Shown here: positions 55,756-64,000 of the stretch, in pieces
Position numbering within the stretch: position 1 is the stretch's first letter
Layout of the letters: each line of letters opens with the position of its first letter
IMG/VR virus record: IMGVR_UViG_3300027782_000036
DNA: 64,000 nt
Reading direction: 5' to 3' (one strand)
Source: a virus
The notes under the pieces: generated by a model
Database searches by the model: none
Told to the model about the DNA's origin: nothing
Seen by the model: only the letters and a program-made list of their open reading frames with translations
Program-made: the position numbers and the translations under genes

Positions 55756-58287
55756 TTGAAGACTTTCTATACTAATGTTCAATCGATGGGTAATTATATA
55801 CTTTATCGTGGTGTCAAAGATGGTAAAAGGTTTAAAACAAGAATCGAATACCAACCAACGATGTATGTTCCATCTCGTAAAGTTGCCAATTTCACATCTT
55901 TAAATGGTGACTATCTTGAACCATTTAAGGCAGGTGGTATTCGTGATACTAGAGATTTCATTAAAAAATATGAAGATGTTGAAGGTTTCAAAATCTATGG
56001 TCAAAATAGATTCGAATATGCTTTTATTGCTGAACAACATCCAGATATGGTTGAATGGGATCAAGATAAAGTATCCATAGCAATTATCGATATTGAGGTT
56101 GGTTCTGAAAATGGTTTTCCTGATCCATATAAAGCAGACGAACCTATTACAGCAATTGCAATTAAATATATTAATGGTGATATGATTGTCTTTGGCTGTG
56201 GTGATTATGAAGTTAAAGGTGAAGAGAAATATATTAAATGCCAAAACGAACATTCATTGTGTCACAAGTTTATGGAATTATGGACTAAAAGATGTCCAGA
56301 TATTATCACAGGATGGAATACTAAATTCTTTGATATTCCATATATCATTAATCGCTTTCGTAAAATACTCGGTGAAGATGAAACTAAAAAGTTATCTCCA
56401 TGGACTTATATTGGTGAGCGTAAAACTGTCATCAATGGTCGAGAGTTTATTGCCTATGATATGTCTGGTGTTTGTTCTTTAGATTACATCGAATTATACA
56501 AATGGTACGCACCTGGCGGTAAATCACAAGAGTCCTATCGATTAGACTATATTGCTGAAGTTGAATTAGGTAAAAACAAATTATCTTATGATGAATACGA
56601 TAATCTACATGAACTTTTCAGACTAAACTATCAAAAGTTTATTGAGTATAATATTGTTGACGTTGAACTCATTCAAGAACTTGAAGATAAGTTAAAGTTA
56701 ATTGAATTGGCTATGACTTTGGCTTATGATACGAAATCAAATTATGATGATGTATTTGCTCAAACTCGTATGTGGGATTCTTTAACATATAGTTATCTAC
56801 TCAAACAAAATATTATTGTTCCACCAAGAGAAGTGAAATCTAAAGATTCAGCTTTTGAAGGTGCTTATGTTAAAGATCCACAAGTTGGCAAACATGATTG
56901 GGTGGCATCATTTGACTTGAATTCATTGTATCCACATCTTATCATGCAGTATAATATTTCACCAGAAACATTGATTGAACCAAAAGATTATACAGATGTT
57001 ATGAAAGATATCATTTCAAAAGGTGTCAATGTTGATAAGTTATTGAATAAAGAAATTGATACATCAAAATTAGAAGGTGCAACTATTACACCTAATGGAC
57101 AATTCTTTAGAACTGATATGCATGGTTTCTTACCAAAGATGATGCTTGAGATGTATGAAGATCGTAAGAAGTTTAAAAAATTAATGTTAAAGGCAAAACA
57201 AGACTATGAAAACGAACAAGACGAAAGTAAGAAATACGAAATCTCAAAGAGAATCGCAAGATACGATAATCTACAACTCGCTAAAAAGGTCTCTCTTAAT
57301 TCTGCTTATGGTGCTCTTGGCTCTCAATATTTTAGGTTCTACGACTTACGGCAGGCACTTGCCGTTACGCTGGCTGGTCAATTAAGTATTCGTTGGATCG
57401 AAGGCAAACTTAATGGATACATGAATAAATTATTAAAAACAGAGGATGATTATGTTATTGCGTCTGACACGGATTCTATCTACCTCAAACTTGCGCCGTT
57501 GGTGGATGCAATCTATAAAGAAGAGAAGTCAACTACTAAAGTTATCTCCTTCATGGACAAGGTTTGTGAAACTAAAATTCAACCGTTTATCGATGATAGT
57601 TATAAGGAACTTGCGGATTATGTCCATGCTTTTGAACAAAAGATGGAAATGAAACGAGAAGGTTTATCTGACAAAGGCATTTGGACTGCCAAGAAACGAT
57701 ATATTCTAAATGTTCATAATAACGAAGGTATTCAATATAAAGAACCTAAACTAAAGGTCATGGGTCTTGAGATGATTAAATCATCAACACCATCTGCTGT
57801 TCGTGTTAAGATGAAAGAATCCATTAAAGTGATGTTGAATGGAACTGAAACAGATGTCCAAAAGTTTATTGCTGACTTTAAAGAAGAATTTCAACACCTT
57901 CCAGTAGAAGACATATCTTTTCCAAGAGGAGTCAATGGAATTAAAGAATATGCGGATTCAGCAAGTATATATAAGAAGAGCACACCAATACATGCAAAAG
58001 GTGCATTGATATATAATCACTTCTTAAAAAGCTTTAAATTAGATAAGAAGTATCCATTGATTCAAGACGGTGAAAAGATTAAATTTGTTTATCTTAAAAC
58101 ACCTAATACGTTTAATCAATCTGTAATTTCATTTCCCAATAGAATTCCTAAGGAATTTGATATTGAGAAGTTTGTAGATTATGATTTACAGTTTGAGAAA
58201 ACATTCTTGGATCCTATTAAGATTATTCTTGATTGCCTGCATTGGAGTACCGAAAAACAAAGTTCATTAGAGGATTTCTGGACATGA
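55756..58287 (+). CDS. gp43: Family B DNA polymerase gp43
   Basis: DIEV exonuclease motif, SFDLNSLYP, KVSLNSAYG, SDTDS. Confidence 0.98.
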   Translation: MKTFYTNVQSMGNYILYRGVKDGKRFKTRIEYQPTMYVPSRKVANFTSLNGDYLEPFKAGGIRDTRDFIKKYEDVEGFKIYGQNRFEYAFIAEQHPDMVEWDQDKVSIAIIDIEVGSENGFPDPYKADEPITAIAIKYINGDMIVFGCGDYEVKGEEKYIKCQNEHSLCHKFMELWTKRCPDIITGWNTKFFDIPYIINRFRKILGEDETKKLSPWTYIGERKTVINGREFIAYDMSGVCSLDYIELYKWYAPGGKSQESYRLDYIAEVELGKNKLSYDEYDNLHELFRLNYQKFIEYNIVDVELIQELEDKLKLIELAMTLAYDTKSNYDDVFAQTRMWDSLTYSYLLKQNIIVPPREVKSKDSAFEGAYVKDPQVGKHDWVASFDLNSLYPHLIMQYNISPETLIEPKDYTDVMKDIISKGVNVDKLLNKEIDTSKLEGATITPNGQFFRTDMHGFLPKMMLEMYEDRKKFKKLMLKAKQDYENEQDESKKYEISKRIARYDNLQLAKKVSLNSAYGALGSQYFRFYDLRQALAVTLAGQLSIRWIEGKLNGYMNKLLKTEDDYVIASDTDSIYLKLAPLVDAIYKEEKSTTKVISFMDKVCETKIQPFIDDSYKELADYVHAFEQKMEMKREGLSDKGIWTAKKRYILNVHNNEGIQYKEPKLKVMGLEMIKSSTPSAVRVKMKESIKVMLNGTETDVQKFIADFKEEFQHLPVEDISFPRGVNGIKEYADSASIYKKSTPIHAKGALIYNHFLKSFKLDKKYPLIQDGEKIKFVYLKTPNTFNQSVISFPNRIPKEFDIEKFVDYDLQFEKTFLDPIKIILDCLHWSTEKQSSLEDFWT

Positions 58288-59291
58288 TATACTTAACGTT
58301 TCTATCAGCATTTCTATTATCAGGTATTGCTGGATACTATTCAATTGTTGGATTAGCACTTATATTTCCTGGTGCTTTTTGGCCTGTCGTTGTTATGGGA
58401 AGTGCATTAGAGTTTTCTAAACTTGTAACCGCTTCTTGGTTATACAGACATTGGAAAGTAGCACCATTTTTACTTAAAACATATTTAACAACTGCTGTCT
58501 GTATTCTTATGTTAATTACCTCTATGGGTATTTTTGGTTTCTTATCAAAAGCACATATTGAACATTCTGTTGAAATGGGACCTATTGCCGATAAAGTTGC
58601 TATCTATGAAGATAGAGTGTCATCACTCAAACAAAGAATTGAAGAAAACAAAAGAACAATAAAAACAATGGACAATTCTGTTGATCAAGTTTTGTCAAGA
58701 TCAACATCAGAAGAATCAGCTACTAAATCTGTAAACATTAGAAAATCACAACAAAAAGAAAGAACAAGATTATCTAATGAAAATTCACAATTACAAAAAG
58801 AAATAGCGCAAATACAAGAAGAAAAAGCACCAATTATGGCTTCATTAAGAAAGACTGAAGCTGATGTTGGTCCTATTAAATATGTTGCTGAATTGATTTA
58901 TGGTAGTTCTGATTCTGGTATTATTGATAAGGCAGTAAGACTGGTAATAATGATAATTATGGTTGTGTTCGACCCGCTAGCTGTGTTATTATTAATATCT
59001 GCGAATTTAACTTTAGGTCTTGGTAAAAAAGAAGAAATAAAACCAGAGCAAAAATTTAATTTGCCAGAAGATGATAAGCCTACTGATATCATAAGCCGAA
59101 ACGGTAATGATGGCGAACATTATGGTGAAGAACCAAAAAATACAGTAGAAGTTGAAAAAGAAAACATAACTAATGTAGAAGACATTAATGAGTATGAAAG
59201 TCCCGCTAGAAAAAAAGTAGAAACACACCACGAAGATGGAATATATTCAGAGGAACACGTACCTTTTGACCATGTTAAGTATGATGAATAA
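58284..59291 (+). CDS. Membrane-anchored coiled-coil protein
   Basis: Three N-terminal TM helices (ITSMGIFGFLSKAH), coiled coil, VFDPLAVLLL TM; start moved to ATG 58284. Confidence 0.7.
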   Translation: MIYLTFLSAFLLSGIAGYYSIVGLALIFPGAFWPVVVMGSALEFSKLVTASWLYRHWKVAPFLLKTYLTTAVCILMLITSMGIFGFLSKAHIEHSVEMGPIADKVAIYEDRVSSLKQRIEENKRTIKTMDNSVDQVLSRSTSEESATKSVNIRKSQQKERTRLSNENSQLQKEIAQIQEEKAPIMASLRKTEADVGPIKYVAELIYGSSDSGIIDKAVRLVIMIIMVVFDPLAVLLLISANLTLGLGKKEEIKPEQKFNLPEDDKPTDIISRNGNDGEHYGEEPKNTVEVEKENITNVEDINEYESPARKKVETHHEDGIYSEEHVPFDHVKYDE

Positions 59292-59310
59292 TTTATGAAA
59301 AGGAAATGAT

Positions 59311-60384
59311 ATGAGCATTTTAGATAAGATTAAAAAGAACACCAGTATTAAAGACGCAGCTATTCTATCACATTCTAAATTCTTTACCGAAAAGGATATG
59401 ATACAAACACAGATACCAATTATTAATGTTGCGTTATCTGGCAAATTAGATGGTGGTTTAACACCAGGTTTAACAATGTGGGCTGGCCCATCTAAACACT
59501 TTAAGACTGCCTTTTCATTATTGATGGCTAAATCTTATCTTGACAAATATCCTGATTCTGCTTTATTATTCTATGACAGTGAGTTCGGCACTCCACAATC
59601 ATACTTTGATTCTTTTGGTATTGATACTAAACGTGTATTACATACTCCAATTACTGACATCGAACAATTAAAGTTTGACATCATGCAACAACTTCAAGGA
59701 CTTGAACGTGATGATAGAGTTATTATCGTTGTAGATTCTATTGGTAATTTGGCATCAAAGAAAGAAGTTGAAGATGCTCTTGATCAGAAATCAGTTGCTG
59801 ATATGTCAAGAGCTAAACAAGTTAAATCATTATTCAGAATGGTAACACCACATCTTAATCTTAAAAACATTCCAATGATTGTAGTTAATCACACTTACAT
59901 GGAAATTGGTATGTTCCCTAAAGCAATCGTAGGTGGTGGCACAGGTTCATATTATTCTGCTGATAACATCTTTATTATTGGTCGTCAACAAGAAAAAGAA
60001 GGTCAAGATATCATTGGTTATAACTTTATTATTAATGTGGAGAAATCAAGATATGTTAAAGAGAAAGCTAAAATCCCTGTTACTGTTTCCTTTGAAGGCG
60101 GTATTTCTCGTTTTTCAGGTTTACTTGATGTTGCTATTGAAGGCAACTTCGTTGTTAAACCATCTAATGGCTGGTATTCAAAAGTTGATACTGAAACAGG
60201 TGAAGTTCAAGAGAAGAAATATCGTATCAAAGAAACTGACACCGAAGATTTCTGGAAAGATATCTTAGCAAGTAAGAAGTTCCAAGAATATATTAAAAAC
60301 AAATATACAGTAGCATCTGCTGACATCATGAATTATTCACAACCTGAAATTGAAATTGAGGTTGAGGAGGAAGAAGATGCGTGA
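59311..60384 (+). CDS. uvsX: RecA-like recombinase UvsX
   Basis: GPSKHFKT, YDSEFG, DSIGNLASKKE. Confidence 0.96.
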   Translation: MSILDKIKKNTSIKDAAILSHSKFFTEKDMIQTQIPIINVALSGKLDGGLTPGLTMWAGPSKHFKTAFSLLMAKSYLDKYPDSALLFYDSEFGTPQSYFDSFGIDTKRVLHTPITDIEQLKFDIMQQLQGLERDDRVIIVVDSIGNLASKKEVEDALDQKSVADMSRAKQVKSLFRMVTPHLNLKNIPMIVVNHTYMEIGMFPKAIVGGGTGSYYSADNIFIIGRQQEKEGQDIIGYNFIINVEKSRYVKEKAKIPVTVSFEGGISRFSGLLDVAIEGNFVVKPSNGWYSKVDTETGEVQEKKYRIKETDTEDFWKDILASKKFQEYIKNKYTVASADIMNYSQPEIEIEVEEEEDA

Positions 60385-60697
60385 AGCAGTTGATTATGAA
60401 TATGTAATAGATGAGAAAGATAAAAATTCGGTACATATTAAATTACTTACCGGTGAATATAAAGATACCCTATTCAAATATGGTAAAGTCGGTGTCAAAG
60501 AAGAAGATGATAAAGCCTATTTACAATTTAACTTTGATGTGATACAATCACCGATTAAGAATTTAGAAAAAAAATTAGAATTCAGAAATTATATTGGTGA
60601 TCTATTATCGATTATTATTACAAAACAAGTAGACGTGGAAGAAACATATTATGATGAGAACCGAACTGACGATATTAAAGAATCTGGTATTCAATGA
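60377..60697 (+). CDS. Hypothetical protein at the T4 gp40 position
   Basis: Between uvsX and gp41; start moved to ATG 60377 after GAGGAGG. Confidence 0.5.
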   Translation: MREAVDYEYVIDEKDKNSVHIKLLTGEYKDTLFKYGKVGVKEEDDKAYLQFNFDVIQSPIKNLEKKLEFRNYIGDLLSIIITKQVDVEETYYDENRTDDIKESGIQ

Positions 60698-62015
60698 TGA
60701 ATATTCAAAGAAAGTCTTACCTTTCATAAAAAGTGAATATTTTTCAGATAGAACAGACAAACTAATTCATGAACAAATTAATGATTATATACTCAAGTAT
60801 AATTCATTACCATCTTATGAAGCTTTAGTATTATCCCTTAAAGAGAAAAATGGACTTACTGCCGAAGAGGTGAATAAGTCCACCGAACTCTTACAAGAAA
60901 TAAATCAAACAAAAAATGAAGAATCCAAACTAGATTGGCTTCTTGACGTTACCGAAAAGTTCTGTCAAGAGAAGGCTATCTATAATGCGGTATTGGATTC
61001 TATTCATATTCTCGATAACAAGTCTAAGAACGATAAAGGGGCCATTCCTGGCATACTTTCCGATGCTCTGGCAGTGTCTTTTGATAGCCATATAGGTCAT
61101 GATTACTTGGGTAACTCGGATGAACGATATGACTTCTACCATAGAAAAGAAGAAAGAATACCATTTGATCTAGAGTATTTCAATAAGATCACCAAAGGTG
61201 GTTTACCACAAAAGACTTTGAATATTGCTTTGGCTGGTACCGGTGTCGGTAAGTCATTGTTTATGTGTCATGTGGCCGCAGGTGCAATGGTTCAAGGACG
61301 CAATGTTCTTTATATTACGATGGAAATGGCAGAAGAAAGAATTGCCGAACGTATTGATGCAAACCTACTGAATGTTAGACTGGACGACCTTACAGACTTA
61401 CCAAAAGACGTTTATGACAAGAAAATTGGTAAAGTTCGTGAAATGACTACAGGAAAGCTAATTATTAAAGAGTATCCGACTGCGGCGGCCAGTGCTGTCC
61501 ATTTTCGAACACTTCTTAACGAATTGAATTTAAAGAAGAATTTCGTACCTGATATTATATTCATAGATTACCTAAATATTTGTTGTTCCTCTAGAGTTAA
61601 ACCAGGGGCTTCGGTCAATTCTTATACTTACATTAAAGCGATTGCCGAAGAGTTGAGAGGTTTGGCTGTAGAGTTTTCAGTACCAATCGTGAGTGCCACA
61701 CAGACTACAAGAAGTGGTTTCACCAATTCTGACCCAGGTCTTGAAGACACATCAGAATCTTTTGGTCTACCAGCAACAGCTGACTTCATGTTTGCCTTAA
61801 TTTCATCAGAAGAGATGGAAGAATTAGGTCAAATCATGGTGAAACAGTTAAAGAACAGATATAATGATCCTACACATTATAAGAGATTTGTATTGGGTGT
61901 AGATCGAGCTAAGATGAAGTTGTATGATGTAGAACAAGTTGCACAGGTTGACTTGGTAGATTCAGGTCAAAATCAAAAAACTTTTAAAAAGAATTTCGAC
62001 GGATTTAAGATATGA
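60651..62015 (+). CDS. gp41: Replicative helicase gp41
   Basis: AGTGVGKS, IDYLNI, SATQTTR, SESFGLP. Confidence 0.96.
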   Translation: MMRTELTILKNLVFNDEYSKKVLPFIKSEYFSDRTDKLIHEQINDYILKYNSLPSYEALVLSLKEKNGLTAEEVNKSTELLQEINQTKNEESKLDWLLDVTEKFCQEKAIYNAVLDSIHILDNKSKNDKGAIPGILSDALAVSFDSHIGHDYLGNSDERYDFYHRKEERIPFDLEYFNKITKGGLPQKTLNIALAGTGVGKSLFMCHVAAGAMVQGRNVLYITMEMAEERIAERIDANLLNVRLDDLTDLPKDVYDKKIGKVREMTTGKLIIKEYPTAAASAVHFRTLLNELNLKKNFVPDIIFIDYLNICCSSRVKPGASVNSYTYIKAIAEELRGLAVEFSVPIVSATQTTRSGFTNSDPGLEDTSESFGLPATADFMFALISSEEMEELGQIMVKQLKNRYNDPTHYKRFVLGVDRAKMKLYDVEQVAQVDLVDSGQNQKTFKKNFDGFKI

Positions 62016-62620
62016 ACATAGTCAGAAAACTTAACAGGACAGTAGATACATTAAAACTACAAGGCCTGAAAGTTTCTGATATAGTTCAAAAGTTACAAAA
62101 CAAATTCAGACAATACTTTATTACTATTGAACATCATAAAACAAAAACAACAGGGTTTTCAATCACAGCATATCACCATTGTGAAAAACAAAAAAGTAGT
62201 TTGTTTATTTGTTGTAAGTCAGATTGGCGATTAAAGAAAAAAGAATACGAAGAATTCAAATTTGAAATTGTATCAACCATATTACATGAACAGGTACACA
62301 ATAGACAATTTGAAAAAAGATTAGCAATACTTCATGAATATGAATGTGGTTTTCATAGAAATGATGTGAACAAAACGGAAGACCAGAATTATTATGGCAA
62401 TCCAGACGAGATAGAAGCATATGCAAATGATATAATTCTAGAATTGTCAAAAGCTGGAAAAGTTGAAGAAGGATTGAGAAAGCCAAAGAAAGTTGGAATA
62501 AATCATTCTAATTATCTTTATACATATTATAGAGCATTTAAATCATTTCGTCATCCTGATATGAAGCGTTTACTTAAAGAATGTTATAAAATTAAAGACA
62601 AGGTGAAATGGGAAACTTAA
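62012..62620 (+). CDS. HExxH-motif protein (putative zinc metallopeptidase)
   Basis: ILHEQVH...YYGNPDEIEAYA. Confidence 0.55.
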   Translation: MNIVRKLNRTVDTLKLQGLKVSDIVQKLQNKFRQYFITIEHHKTKTTGFSITAYHHCEKQKSSLFICCKSDWRLKKKEYEEFKFEIVSTILHEQVHNRQFEKRLAILHEYECGFHRNDVNKTEDQNYYGNPDEIEAYANDIILELSKAGKVEEGLRKPKKVGINHSNYLYTYYRAFKSFRHPDMKRLLKECYKIKDKVKWET

Positions 62621-63720
62621 ATACAGAACAAGCATTATACATCTCGAAGACATTTAAAGATTACTTTGATCAATATAGTAATATAGAATCATATATGAGG
62701 GAAGAAAAACTCAAATCTATTGAGTATCTTTCTAATCCTTTATTCCCTATTGAAGATGATTTATTCTCAGACTTTACTATGCATCCAAAAGATATGGACA
62801 TAGAATTGTGTGAGATCAATCGAACTCAATGGGAAGATTTAATGAATATTACTTCATCTCACATCAATAAAGCTCCCGTTGGTCGTAACATTGAATTGGC
62901 CGCCAGAGAAAAGAATACAGGCAAAATTCTAGGATTCATTCGTCTCGGTTCACCAATGATCTATATGAAACCACGTAATGTCTTGTTAGGTCAAGTCTTC
63001 TCACAACAACCAGAATGGTCTAAACGTTTCAATAAAGCAACCATTATGGGTTTTGTGATTGTGCCATCACAACCTTTCGGTTTTAATTATCTTGGTGGTA
63101 AATTATTGGCTTTAATGTGTGCTTCACATGAAGTTAGAGAAATATGCAATAAGAAATATGGTATGGACTTATGTTTTTTTGAGACCACTAGTTTATATGG
63201 TTCAACTAAAGGTATGTCACAATATGATGGTTTAAGTCCATATATAAAATATCGTGGTACAACTGATTCTGATATGATTCCTATGTTACATGGTAAAGAT
63301 TGGGAAAACATGAGAGATTATGTTGAAAATATTGTAGGTGATATACTAGAAGGTGATGTATCAACAACTTCACGTAAACTAAGATCATTTATTAAAATTA
63401 TTGCGATGGCTAAAGCTGCATTGAAAAACACATCTGAAGGTGAGAAGTTTAATAGTATTATTAATGGAGCTAAAACATTAACCGAGAAGAAAAGATATTA
63501 TACAAGTAATTATGGTTTCTCAAACTATATTGATTATGTAAATTGTAAAACTGATAAGTTAATTCCTGGTGAAAACTATGAGAAACATAATTTAGCAAAT
63601 ATGATTGAATGGTGGAGAAACAAAGCTAGTAATAGATATGATACACTCAAGGCGGAAGGTCGATTAAAGATGGATCTTGAAGTGTGGAATACAAATAAGA
63701 ACATACAAATCATAAGATAA
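62608..63720 (+). CDS. DUF4338-like protein, paralog B
   Basis: QPFGFNYLGGKLLALMC, TTSLYG, SQYDGL. Confidence 0.65.
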   Translation: MGNLNTEQALYISKTFKDYFDQYSNIESYMREEKLKSIEYLSNPLFPIEDDLFSDFTMHPKDMDIELCEINRTQWEDLMNITSSHINKAPVGRNIELAAREKNTGKILGFIRLGSPMIYMKPRNVLLGQVFSQQPEWSKRFNKATIMGFVIVPSQPFGFNYLGGKLLALMCASHEVREICNKKYGMDLCFFETTSLYGSTKGMSQYDGLSPYIKYRGTTDSDMIPMLHGKDWENMRDYVENIVGDILEGDVSTTSRKLRSFIKIIAMAKAALKNTSEGEKFNSIINGAKTLTEKKRYYTSNYGFSNYIDYVNCKTDKLIPGENYEKHNLANMIEWWRNKASNRYDTLKAEGRLKMDLEVWNTNKNIQIIR

Positions 63721-63730
63721 ATAGAAAACT

Positions 63731-64000
63731 ATGGCTGATAAAGATAAACCTAAAATAAACACCAGACAACAAGAACTTGGATCAAAGTGGATTTTTGAAC
63801 GAGTGTTGATTGATAATATAAAATATAATTCTGTTCAAGACATTACTAATGATAAAAAATATTTAGAATTACAATTAATTTTTGATCCAACTTTTAATCC
63901 TAAAAAAAGTAAAGAAGATCCCGTGCCGATGGATTGGTTAATTTCTTATTTTTCACAACAAAAAGCTCTTTTAACTAAGTTTCAACCAAATAAATTTAAA
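63731..64000 (+). CDS. Hypothetical protein, 3'-truncated
   Basis: Open from ATG 63731 (MADKDKPKINTRQQELGS...) to the window end; late-like GATAAATA at 63716. Confidence 0.6.
   Translation, partial: MADKDKPKINTRQQELGSKWIFERVLIDNIKYNSVQDITNDKKYLELQLIFDPTFNPKKSKEDPVPMDWLISYFSQQKALLTKFQPNKFK

Noticed and set aside
18790-62015. Introns or inteins in gp17, gp20, gp23, uvsW, gp43, uvsX or gp41
   Set aside because: All are uninterrupted and of ordinary length
1-64000. Stop-codon reassignment
   Set aside because: Core genes are full length in the standard code, and TAA, TGA and TAG all terminate genes

Overview
64 kb of an AT-rich T4-like myovirus genome. Order on the + strand: a 5'-truncated tail fibre, three Gly-rich/RCC1-repeat proteins, a glycosylation cluster, the virion module (gp13-gp23, gp3), then the recombination/replication module (uvsY, uvsW, gp55, gp47/46, gp45/44/62, regA, gp43, uvsX, gp41). 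Between regA and gp43 lies an accessory island. Its + strand part has an unannotated 23-aa PqqA gene (pointing to a Methylophilaceae-type host) with a structured leader, hsp20 with a ROSE-like RNA thermometer, ribosomal protein bS21 (probable AUA start), a 68-nt tRNA-Gly-like RNA with a reduced D arm, and GroES. Its - strand part is an 8.2-kb, tightly coupled operon behind a T4-type late promoter. It encodes two small membrane proteins, CsgF, CsgG, a curlin-like protein, a FecR-domain protein, a metallophosphoesterase, a CHASE2 adenylate cyclase and a collagen-like protein. This operon is the best candidate for a new system: phage-encoded, curli-pore-coupled trans-envelope cAMP signalling. All family calls come from motif recognition and gene order by eye; no searches were run.
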